In this document: positions 1 through 7,594 of the stretch, one piece after another
How the letters are laid out: every line of letters begins with the position of its first letter
Numbering within the stretch: the first letter of the stretch is position 1
Source of the DNA: Methanopyrus sp. SNP6
GTDB taxonomy: Archaea; JAADCQ01; Methanopyri; Methanopyrales; Methanopyraceae
Assembly (NCBI RefSeq): GCF_002201895.1
Contig: NZ_CP019436.1
Span: 1,059,867 to 1,091,866, forward strand
Reading direction: 5' to 3'
Length of the DNA: 32,000 nt
Position numbers and translations under genes: made by a program
Notes under the pieces: generated by a model
The model's input: the letters and a program-made list of their open reading frames with translations, nothing else
Database searches by the model: none
What the model was told of the DNA's origin: nothing

Positions 1-859
1 CAAGCATGGCGTCATTGATTTTGTTTACGATCTCTCGTACATCCGATAGAATCCCGAACACGTCCGGAACCATTGGTGTTAACAATGCTTCAACCCATCG
101 CTTTATGCCACTGGACGGGCTGATGCCTAGGTATCGAGAGATTGAGTTACAGACGTCTGATAACATCAGGACCACAGGGTTCGTTCTTATCCCGTTGAGG
201 AACGTCGCCACCGCGCTCGCTACTTCGAGCTTCTCGTCTCGTGGGATTTGTGCACCGTATCCCACGATCTGTATGAACGAGTCGATCAGTGGTACGACGT
301 CATCCGCGTCTACAGGTTCCGACCGCAGCTTAGCGATAAGCTTGCAGGCCTGCGTCATGTAGTTCTTGAGAGCGTCTGGCGGTACGTTCAAGTTCGCGGC
401 TACAGGTTGCAGCATCGATTGTAACGCGAAATTCATACCGACGGTCACTGCGGCGTCGAGGCAAACTCCAGTCCAGTACGTGAACGACGACAACTTCCCG
501 TACGTGGTGTTGAACTCGTACGCCAGATAGTAACGTATCGGCGCGTTATAATCCACCGCGGCAGCCAACGCCAGTGCTTCTGCTCCCAGTTGGGTGAGGT
601 CAGCACCCACCTCCTGAGCGCTTGGACTGGGGATCATGCAGAGAGTTGCTCCCACCGCGATGTAACCGAGTGCTTTAGGTGCCACTTGATGGAGCAAGGT
701 TCCCGACGCTTGCAGCGTCTGCCCAGGTTGTGTCACTCCTTCTTGCGAGGTCCCCGCCGGCTTCGCTACAGCCGTCCCTTCCGTCACCTCCGTCGCCGCT
801 GCGGGGGTCGTGATGAGCGCCGCCAGTACCAACAATAGGGAGATTACCGGCTCCCTCAC
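1..859 (-). CDS. Putative secreted/exported protein of unknown function, C-terminus beyond left edge
   Basis: Manual minus-strand translation from GTG at 859: VREPVISLLLVLAALITTPAAATEVTEGTAVAKPAG... stays open to base 1. Signal-peptide-like N-terminus, G-rich SD upstream. Not in the ORF track because it has no stop in the window. Confidence 0.75.
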   Translation of the reverse strand, partial: MREPVISLLLVLAALITTPAAATEVTEGTAVAKPAGTSQEGVTQPGQTLQASGTLLHQVAPKALGYIAVGATLCMIPSPSAQEVGADLTQLGAEALALAAAVDYNAPIRYYLAYEFNTTYGKLSSFTYWTGVCLDAAVTVGMNFALQSMLQPVAANLNVPPDALKNYMTQACKLIAKLRSEPVDADDVVPLIDSFIQIVGYGAQIPRDEKLEVASAVATFLNGIRTNPVVLMLSDVCNSISRYLGISPSSGIKRWVEALLTPMVPDVFGILSDVREIVNKINDAML

Positions 860-1206
860 GACCCCCCACCCTCCCTAAGAATACTTAGTAGTCTACGCAT
901 GAAGTCCGCCGCCCGTTCGCCTTCGACCTTAATACGTCCCTTCACCCGGGTGTCGAGGACCCTCTTCTCGAACTCCAGCGTGAATCCAGTGTCTTGGAAC
1001 TCACCCGATGCACTGATCTCGTACCGATCCTTCTCGTCCCGCACCCTGAAACTATACGAATCACCTTCGAGTTTGGCTTCGGTTTCTAGGTTTCGGATTA
1101 AATCCAGAGCTTTCAACACTAGCTCTTCGGTTACCTGGAAACCGAGTTCGACCACCTTCTCGGGCGTTAAGTACTTCTTCGCGAGCCTGTCGATCAAGTG
1201 TCGCAA
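856..1206 (-). CDS. Conserved-looking hypothetical protein, 116 aa
   Basis: Complete ORF; its TGA overlaps the GTG start of the downstream secreted-protein gene (GTGA), suggesting translational coupling. Confidence 0.7.
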   Translation of the reverse strand: MRHLIDRLAKKYLTPEKVVELGFQVTEELVLKALDLIRNLETEAKLEGDSYSFRVRDEKDRYEISASGEFQDTGFTLEFEKRVLDTRVKGRIKVEGERAADFMRRLLSILREGGGS

Positions 1207-1241
1207 CCCCCACGTAACGAAGTCGTCGGTGGTCGCCGATA

Positions 1242-2108
1242 ATGTCCGACGCCCAATACAGGTTGATCCCAGTTAAAAGCCGTTACTGGAAGGTGGGATC
1301 AGGAACCGTCGGGAACGCGTTGGAAGCGTTACGTGGGATCGAACTTAAGGACGGGGACGTCCTGCTATTGTCGGAGAAGGCTGTGGCCGTCGCCGAGGGT
1401 GAGCTCATTGACGAGCGCGGGTACGAACCGGGCGTACTGGCACGATTCTTGGTAGTACTCTGGATGAGGATATTTTGGGGTAGGATCCTAGGACCCTTGT
1501 TAGGCCCTCTCATGGATCCTCCGATGCGTACGGAAACGATCGAGAACTTGCGTAACTATCCGTTGAAGGACGGATCCCGGCACAAGCAAATGATCCTAGA
1601 GGAGTTCGGTCTGCTGCATGCTTTGGAACCTGCGTCCGAGGCGGGTTGTGATGTCGGGAACGTGCCTGGGTACTACGCGGCCCCGGTCCCCAAGTCCGCG
1701 GATCGAGTGGCGAGGGAACTCCGCGAGGAACTCCGCCGTCGTCGGGACGTCGACGTGTCAGTTGTCGTCGGCGATACGGACAAAACGTATGAAATTCTCG
1801 GAATACTGTTCACCACGGTGGCGAGGGCTCATCCAGACATCGTTGCGGGTACCGGGGTAATCGGTTTTCTAGTGGGTAGGTTACTGGCCAAGACTGTTGG
1901 CCCGACCCCCATCGCTATAGCAGGGAATGTTTCGGTGCGGGAGGCCATCAAGTTACTGGACATGGCCGAAGACGTGCGGACGAAGGGGGCGGGCAGGACG
2001 GTCTATGACGCTTTGGAAGAAGTGGGCGATCCCGAATCGCTGGATGAAGAGTTCCTGAACGGATTCGATCACGTCCCGATAGTGATAGCTCGGCCCATCA
2101 CCCCGTAA
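1242..2108 (+). CDS. Coenzyme F420-0:gamma-glutamyl ligase (CofE)-like protein
   Basis: N-terminal RLIPVKSRYWKVGSGTVGNALEALRGIELKDGDVLLLSEKAVAVAEG resembles the CofE family; contains a hydrophobic segment VLARFLVVLWMRIFWGRILGPLLGPL. Confidence 0.65.
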   Translation: MSDAQYRLIPVKSRYWKVGSGTVGNALEALRGIELKDGDVLLLSEKAVAVAEGELIDERGYEPGVLARFLVVLWMRIFWGRILGPLLGPLMDPPMRTETIENLRNYPLKDGSRHKQMILEEFGLLHALEPASEAGCDVGNVPGYYAAPVPKSADRVARELREELRRRRDVDVSVVVGDTDKTYEILGILFTTVARAHPDIVAGTGVIGFLVGRLLAKTVGPTPIAIAGNVSVREAIKLLDMAEDVRTKGAGRTVYDALEEVGDPESLDEEFLNGFDHVPIVIARPITP

Positions 2109-2694
2109 GTTTCAGCCCGTACTTCTCGATCTTCTCTGCGATCTTCTTCACGGCCTTCTCAGGTTCCTCTTCGGTCTTAGCCCCCGTACATACGGCCTTA
2201 CCGGAGTAGAACAGGAGCATCGCCACCGTGGGTTCCTTCAGTCTCAGCACCAGCCCTGGGAACTGCTCCGGTTCGTACTCTATCCCTTCGACGTCCTCGT
2301 CTCCCACCAAGACTTCCGCGATCGTGTCCAGGTCCAGTGGTACGTGGAAATCGATCGACGCTACTATGTTCTGGATCTCCACTTCGGGTTCTCCGTGGAA
2401 CTTCACCCCGCACTTCTTCTCCAGGTCTTCCCTAACCCTCTCGACGCTTTTGTAAATCTGCTCCCTATTCTTAGCACCAGTGCACACCATTTTCCCGGAT
2501 CTGAAGATCAATACCACGGTACCGATGTCTTCGAGCCTGTACACGAGTCCCGGAAACTGTTCCGGTTCGTACTCCCCATGTAATATCACGGAGCACTCGT
2601 CCAAGTTCACTTCTCCTTTGAGGTCGACGGATGCTACGATGTTCTGGATCTCCACTTCTGGCTCTGGTACACCCTCCTCACGCCTTTCCGCCAC
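2098..2694 (-). CDS. tbp: TATA-box-binding protein (TBP)
   Basis: Two direct repeats PEVEIQNIVAS(V/I)D...EYEPEQFPGLV(Y/L)RL(E/K)...(V/L)(I/L)F(R/Y)SGK(M/A)VCTGAK, diagnostic of TBP. Confidence 0.98.
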   Translation of the reverse strand: MAERREEGVPEPEVEIQNIVASVDLKGEVNLDECSVILHGEYEPEQFPGLVYRLEDIGTVVLIFRSGKMVCTGAKNREQIYKSVERVREDLEKKCGVKFHGEPEVEIQNIVASIDFHVPLDLDTIAEVLVGDEDVEGIEYEPEQFPGLVLRLKEPTVAMLLFYSGKAVCTGAKTEEEPEKAVKKIAEKIEKYGLKLTG

Positions 2695-3647
2695 GTCCGA
2701 CTCCCCCCCTCACACGGTAATGCCGGAACGGGTTCTCCCTCCAGGTACCGGAAGCCTAGGAGGCATAAGCCTCGAACTTCCAACTCTTCACCGGCGAAGA
2801 TCGAGACGTCTCCCTCCCAAAGCTCCGACACCCTCCGCTTTAAGAGTTCGTTTTTAACACCACCCCCGGAGAGAATCAGCAAGTTCATGCCGTACTGTGC
2901 CGCGTTAATGACGATAGTCTCCGCCACGATCTCTACCAGGGTACGGAGTACGTCTTCAGCTGGCGCTTCGGTATCTCGAATGTGGCTTCTCAGGACTCGT
3001 TCTTGTTCCGGCGGAACTGGGGCTAGGCTACCTCTCACACGCCCGAAGACGGGTTTCCCGTCGACGTCGACACTTTTCAACTCCCTTCGAAGGTCCTCGT
3101 CGACTTTTCCCTCAGCGGCTTTCCTGCCACCTTCATCGTATTCCTTCCCTAGTAACTCACGTGCGGCCAAGTCGAGCGGGAACGTGCCGACGCCGACCAC
3201 GGCTTCCTCGAAGTCGGGCCTTCCGTCCTTGATCGGAGTCACTACAGCCATTGCTCCTACGTCCACATGTACGCAGTTCGGATACTCCTCCGCGACGCAG
3301 TACGGTGCACCTACCGCGTCCCCGTCGGGTGCCCCCCAGGGGTCCCCGTACACTGCCAGCGTCGGTACACCCGTCTTTTCGTGGATCATGGGTCCGAGGA
3401 TCAGTCCGAGTTCATCGACGATAGTCCCCACAACCACGAGGTCTGGATCAACGCGCTGCACACGCTCGATTACTCTGGGGGCTATCTCCTTCCGCAGTGC
3501 ACGTCGGCTCTCCTCCAGCGTGAACACGCACGAGATCTTGCCGAAAACCCCTTCCTCCCGCGCTACGATCTCCCAATCCCCGTCTTCATTCATAACACAG
3601 TAATCTGTCCCAGTATTCCCAAGCTGAATCCCAAGCACACGCGTCAA
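2634..3647 (-). CDS. ASKHA-fold (Hsp70/actin-like) protein; possibly a methanogenesis-marker family protein
   Basis: Likely TTG start at 3647 preceded by GGGGGGTC; LTRVLGIQLGNTGTDYCVM, HVDVGAMAVVTPIKDG, LLILSGGGVKNELL resemble phosphate/adenosine motifs of the sugar kinase/Hsp70/actin superfamily. Confidence 0.6.
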   Translation of the reverse strand: MTRVLGIQLGNTGTDYCVMNEDGDWEIVAREEGVFGKISCVFTLEESRRALRKEIAPRVIERVQRVDPDLVVVGTIVDELGLILGPMIHEKTGVPTLAVYGDPWGAPDGDAVGAPYCVAEEYPNCVHVDVGAMAVVTPIKDGRPDFEEAVVGVGTFPLDLAARELLGKEYDEGGRKAAEGKVDEDLRRELKSVDVDGKPVFGRVRGSLAPVPPEQERVLRSHIRDTEAPAEDVLRTLVEIVAETIVINAAQYGMNLLILSGGGVKNELLKRRVSELWEGDVSIFAGEELEVRGLCLLGFRYLEGEPVPALPCEGGSRTWRKGVRRVYQSQKWRSRTS

Positions 3648-3731
3648 CGTCGACCCCCCGACCGTCTCCCGATGACGATTTAAGAGCACCCGGGCGCCGG
3701 CGGTGAATCCGGAAACGGGGGGTACTGGATT

Positions 3732-4211
3732 ATGCCGAAGACCAAGCACTGGCACTACTCAATCCCACCGGAAGAGCTTGACGATGAACGGACCGCGAAG
3801 GCCTTCATACGAGAGCTGAGGATCTCCCCGAAGCACGCACGTGAGATATGCCGGGCAATCCGCGGGATGCCCTTAGACAGGGCCAAAGAGTTCCTACGTC
3901 GAGTGATCAGGAAGGAGGAAGCTGTACCGTTCAGGAAACACAAGAAGAAGGTGCCGCACCGTCGGCAGATACGGCCCGGATGGGATGCCGGTCGATTCCC
4001 TGAGAAAGCAGCTCGTGAGATCCTACGCGTCCTAGAGCACGCGGAAGCTAACGCCGAGTACAAGGGGTTAGACACGGACCGCTTGTACATAAAGCACATA
4101 GCGGCGCACAAGGGTAGGGTGATCCGAGGTTGGATACCGCGCGCCTTCGGTCGCGCGACTCCGTTTAACACTCCGACGACTCACATCGAGGTGATCCTAG
4201 AGGAGCGGTGA
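3732..4211 (+). CDS. rpl22: Large ribosomal subunit protein uL22
   Basis: ...[47 protein letters not shown]; followed by uS3 and uL29. Confidence 0.97.
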   Translation: MPKTKHWHYSIPPEELDDERTAKAFIRELRISPKHAREICRAIRGMPLDRAKEFLRRVIRKEEAVPFRKHKKKVPHRRQIRPGWDAGRFPEKAAREILRVLEHAEANAEYKGLDTDRLYIKHIAAHKGRVIRGWIPRAFGRATPFNTPTTHIEVILEER

Positions 4212-4224
4212 GGGGACAGTATCC

Positions 4225-4908
4225 ATGGTTATGTACGGCGAGAACGTGCCCGTGCACAAGAAGTTCGTGCAGTATGGAATGCTTAAGACTGAGCTGGATG
4301 AATATCTAGAACAGGAACTAAACCGTGCCGGCTACGGTGGGATGAGACTACAGCGCGTACCCAACGCCACTAAGATCATCGCCTACGTCGAGAGACCCGC
4401 TATCGCGATCGGTCGCCGTGGTCGCAACATTCGGCGGGTGGAAGAGGAGGTTCAGGAGAGGTTTCCCCTTTTAGGTCGAGTGTCGATCGAAGTGAAGGAG
4501 CTACCGAGTCCGGAGTTGAACCCACGCGTGGTGGCCAGGCGTCTAGCTTCGGCACTTGAGCGCGGTATCCACTTCCGCCGTGCCGCATACGGTGCGCTAC
4601 GTCGCATCATGAACGCTGGAGCTAAGGGTGCAATGATAATCCTATCCGGTAAGCTCATCGGTGCTCGCGCTAGGACGGAGAAATTCGTGGAGGGAGCCGT
4701 GAAGTACTGCGGTGAGCCAGGTGACGAGTACATGATCGAAGGTTACGTACAGGCAGTGACTAAGCCAGGTGCCATCGGTGTGACGGTTCGAATCATGCCG
4801 CCCGACGTCGAACTGCCGGACGAGCTGGAGATCAGACCACCGGAGGAGGTCGAGGACGAGCTGAAGGAACTCATCGGCAAGCCAGAGGACGAAGCTGAGG
4901 GGGCGTAA
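4225..4908 (+). CDS. rps3: Small ribosomal subunit protein uS3
   Basis: KH-type region IAYVERPAIAIGRRGRNIRRVEEEVQERF and C-terminal S3 domain GALRRIMNAGAKGAMIILSGKLIGARARTEKFVEG. Confidence 0.98.
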   Translation: MVMYGENVPVHKKFVQYGMLKTELDEYLEQELNRAGYGGMRLQRVPNATKIIAYVERPAIAIGRRGRNIRRVEEEVQERFPLLGRVSIEVKELPSPELNPRVVARRLASALERGIHFRRAAYGALRRIMNAGAKGAMIILSGKLIGARARTEKFVEGAVKYCGEPGDEYMIEGYVQAVTKPGAIGVTVRIMPPDVELPDELEIRPPEEVEDELKELIGKPEDEAEGA

Positions 4909-5145
4909 ATGTTGGGTAAGTTTAAGCTAAGACCTGACGAAATCAGGGAAATGACACCCGAGGAGCGACGGGAAAAACTCAAAGAGCTCAAGGCGGAGTT
5001 ACTTCGGGAGATGACTTCGAAATCGATCTCAGGGGTTCCGGACAATCCTGGCAGGGTAAAAGAAATAAAGAAGAACATCGCAAGAATACTGACGATAGAG
5101 AGGGAAGAAGAGTTGCGCAAGATCCGTGAGGAGGAAAAGGGTTAG
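4909..5145 (+). CDS. rpl29: Large ribosomal subunit protein uL29
   Basis: LRPDEIREMTPEERREKLKELKAELLRE...NPGRVKEIKKNIARILTI; starts directly after uS3. Confidence 0.96.
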   Translation: MLGKFKLRPDEIREMTPEERREKLKELKAELLREMTSKSISGVPDNPGRVKEIKKNIARILTIEREEELRKIREEEKG

Positions 5146-5164
5146 AGGGGAACTCGAAGTAGAG

Positions 5165-5485
5165 ATGCAGGAAGACGACATCTGTCCGGTTTGCGGTCTT
5201 CCCAAGGAACTTTGCGTATGTGAGGAAGTCTCCAAGGAGACAGTTGAGAAGATCAAAATATACGCTGAGCAGGTCCGGCCAGGTAAGGTAGTGACTATCA
5301 TAGAGGGCTTAGATGGCGCCGGTATCGACTTGCAAGAACTAGCCAGTAAGCTCAAGCGTGAGTGCGCCTGCGGTGGTACAGCCAAGGAGGGTAAGATAAT
5401 CCTGCAAGGGGACCATCGTAACAAGGTCCGAGAATTCTTGATTAAGAAGGAAGGATTCTCAGAGGATGCCATCGAAGTCACGTGA
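5165..5485 (+). CDS. Translation initiation factor eIF1/SUI1 homologue
   Basis: ATG at 5165 gives MQEDDICPVCGLPKELCVCEE...KVVTIIEGLDGAGIDLQELASKLKRECACGGTAKEGKIILQGDHRNKVREFL; standard archaeal position after uL29. Tracked ORF begins at 5126. Confidence 0.95.
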   Translation: MQEDDICPVCGLPKELCVCEEVSKETVEKIKIYAEQVRPGKVVTIIEGLDGAGIDLQELASKLKRECACGGTAKEGKIILQGDHRNKVREFLIKKEGFSEDAIEVT

Positions 5486-6182
5486 TCCCCATCAAAAATG
5501 CCCTTCTGCCAGATACCTCTTCTGGGAATGCCACTCCTACGTGGACTTGGTACCCGTGTTCTTCCAGGAACTTCCCCCTCATTCTACACACTTCAAGCTG
5601 ATACTCGACAGGACCCTCCGCTTTCTTGAGTAACTTACGGACTCTCTCTATACCCTCATCTACACCGAGTTCCTCCACGATCACGCGAGGGCTGGCCCTA
5701 CCGTAGCAGCAAGGTACAACGAGCACTAGGTGTGCGTCCGAGTCCACGGCCAGCTCGAGGAGCCTATCCGTGAGCGTACCGCACAGGTGTAACCCCACGA
5801 CGACATCGGGGTCGTTCGGAAGACCATGCTTCGCTGCCTCGTGAAGGTCGTTGACTTCGAATTCCAGGTTGTCAAGTCCCACTGACTCGACGTAGCGCTC
5901 AAGCTCCGTCCAAGTCTTGAACTCCTTGATGTCGAACCCGAGCACGTCACAGGATGGAGAAGAAACCGCGAGTGCCGTCGTCAGTGTCCCGCGGCCGCAC
6001 CCGCAATCTACTACCGTGTCCCCTGGTCTTAGCCTCGAGCATAGCAGCGTTAGCATGGCCTCAATTTGCTTCTTCTTCCTCCATGCGTCCCGACCGGACC
6101 TCGGAAACGCACATCTCGGTAGATACAAACAGCTCATGCCGTGGGGGGTTCGATACCTTAACTCCAAGTCCTCTTCCCACAC
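5478..6182 (-). CDS. SAM-dependent methyltransferase-like protein
   Basis: Motif I LRPGDTVVDCGCGRGTLTTALA, then VVGLHLCGTLTDRLLELAV...LVVPCCYG. Start could be internal (M at 6137). Confidence 0.75.
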   Translation of the reverse strand: MWEEDLELRYRTPHGMSCLYLPRCAFPRSGRDAWRKKKQIEAMLTLLCSRLRPGDTVVDCGCGRGTLTTALAVSSPSCDVLGFDIKEFKTWTELERYVESVGLDNLEFEVNDLHEAAKHGLPNDPDVVVGLHLCGTLTDRLLELAVDSDAHLVLVVPCCYGRASPRVIVEELGVDEGIERVRKLLKKAEGPVEYQLEVCRMRGKFLEEHGYQVHVGVAFPEEVSGRRAFLMGIT

Positions 6183-6193
6183 CCCCAGACCCT

Positions 6194-6409
6194 GTGGAAT
6201 TAGTCGGCAAGAAGTTCAGAGTAGTGAGGGCGAACTCCCGGACTTACCTTGGGATATCAGGCCGCGTGGTCGGCTTCACCAAGAACTGTCTGGTCTATGA
6301 TGACGGTAGCGGTGATCAGAAAATACTCCCTCTTCGCCACATCGTGTTGGAGGTGGAAGGACTGCGCATGGATGGCCGTGTGTTACTCATGCTTCTTCAA
6401 GAGCTTTAA
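6194..6409 (+). CDS. rnp1: Probable ribonuclease P protein component 1 (Rpp29/Pop4 family), 71 aa from GTG
   Basis: VELVGKKFRVVRANSRTYLGISGRVVGFTKNCLVYDDGSGDQKILPLRHIVLEVEGLRMDGRVLLMLLQEL resembles the Rpp29 core; located in the usual rpl29-SUI1-rnp1 order. The tracked ORF 5954..6409 is mostly antisense to the methyltransferase. Confidence 0.6.
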   Translation: MELVGKKFRVVRANSRTYLGISGRVVGFTKNCLVYDDGSGDQKILPLRHIVLEVEGLRMDGRVLLMLLQEL

Positions 6410-7122
6410 CAGTTCGATCGGTACTGGAATTACTATGGTGACGTTCTCTTCCGCCGAGATTTCGGAGAGTGTCTGAAGGGTTCTCAGTAAGCCTGGGTTC
6501 ACCCCCTAGGACTTCCGATGCCTTCCGTAGATCTTGTGCGGCCTGTTTCTCCGCTTCCGCTTGGATTATCCTGGCTCGACGATCCCGTTCAGCTTCCGCC
6601 TGTCGGGCTATCGCCCGTCTCATCTCCTCGGGTAATATCACGTCGCGGATCTCGACACCGGTGACGTAGATTCCCCATCCCTCCGTCTTCTCGTCTACGA
6701 TCTCCCGAATACGTTCGCTCAGCTCCTCCCGCTTCGCTAAAAATATCGTCCAAGTCAACTTCGCCGAGCACAGATCTCAGTGTGGTTTGCGCCAAGTTGA
6801 ACACTGCTTCTCCGTAATCCTCGACGTTCATCACGGCGGAGGCAGGATCCACCGCCCGATAATATATGACAGCGTCGACCTTGATCGGTACGTTATCTTT
6901 GGTAATAACCTCCTGGGCCGGTATGTTCTGTGTAACGACCCGAAGATCGACCTTGATCATCTTGTCGATGAACGGAACGATGAAGTTAAGACCTGGTTCC
7001 CTGATCCCGATGTACCGCCTGAGTCGCAGGAGCACGCCTCGCTCGTACTGATTCACTATCCGAACCGAAGCCGCCAGCACGAGAAGGGCCAGTACTCCTC
7101 CAACCACTATCGATACGATCAA
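6387..7122 (-). CDS. Stomatin/prohibitin (SPFH) family protein, reading frame interrupted by a one-base shift near 6739-6743
   Basis: N-terminal frame: MIVSIVVGGVLALLVLAASVRIVNQYERGVLLRLRRYIG...AQTTLRSVLGEVDLDDI; C-terminal frame: LAKREELSERIREIVDEKTEGWGIYVTGVEIRDVILPEEMRRAIARQAEAERDRRARIIQAEAEKQAA. Together they form a normal SPFH protein. Confidence 0.9.
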
Positions 7123-7535
7123 CGCTCCCCGATTTTCTTCGGCTTAACCACGAGTTTATTACCTTTTACATCCAGTACGACCACTCGCTCCCCCTGCCGT
7201 AACTTGGTCTTAGAGACTGCCCTCCATGGTTCTCCACGTACTTTCACCAATAGTGGGTCCTTTCGGATTACGATGCCTTCATCCCCTTTGAGCTCCCTGA
7301 CGCTCTTCAGAAGAACGTTGTCGCTTTCTTCCGTTCGCCTCAGAACCGCCGCCACCTGCATGAGGAGGACGAACACGCCGGGTGGAAGTGCGGCAACCAG
7401 ATATTCCGTCCCTATCAGGTACGCTCCGACCCACGCGCATACTATCCCTACCGTGGTCACTATACCGGTGTTAAGTACGCAATCTAGAACTACCAGCACC
7501 ACGCCCGAAATGAGGAGACAGAGCTCTTGAGACAA
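7119..7535 (-). CDS. NfeD-like membrane protein
   Basis: Several TM segments followed by an OB-like C-terminal domain (LKGDEGIVIRKDPLLVKVRGEPWRAVSKTKLRQGERVVVLDVKGNKLVVKP); overlaps the stomatin-family gene by 4 nt, the usual NfeD-SPFH pairing. Confidence 0.85.
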   Translation of the reverse strand: MSQELCLLISGVVLVVLDCVLNTGIVTTVGIVCAWVGAYLIGTEYLVAALPPGVFVLLMQVAAVLRRTEESDNVLLKSVRELKGDEGIVIRKDPLLVKVRGEPWRAVSKTKLRQGERVVVLDVKGNKLVVKPKKIGER

Positions 7536-7594
7536 GGTGTCTACCCCTCCGGAACTATTCTTCAGATCACGTGATATTCGAGCGGGGGAGCCAC

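Noticed and set aside
2228-3603. Plus-strand ORFs 2228..2455, 2344..2583, 2480..2857, 2887..3603, 3267..3683
   Set aside because: Antisense to the tbp and ASKHA-like genes; low-complexity S/T/P-rich translations typical of shadow ORFs.
4400-5481. Minus-strand ORFs 4400..4588, 4452..4733, 4743..5120, 5029..5481
   Set aside because: Antisense to uS3, uL29 and eIF1, whose identities are secure.
5954-6193. N-terminal 80 residues of tracked ORF 5954..6409
   Set aside because: Antisense to the methyltransferase; only the 3' part (from GTG 6194) looks like real protein.
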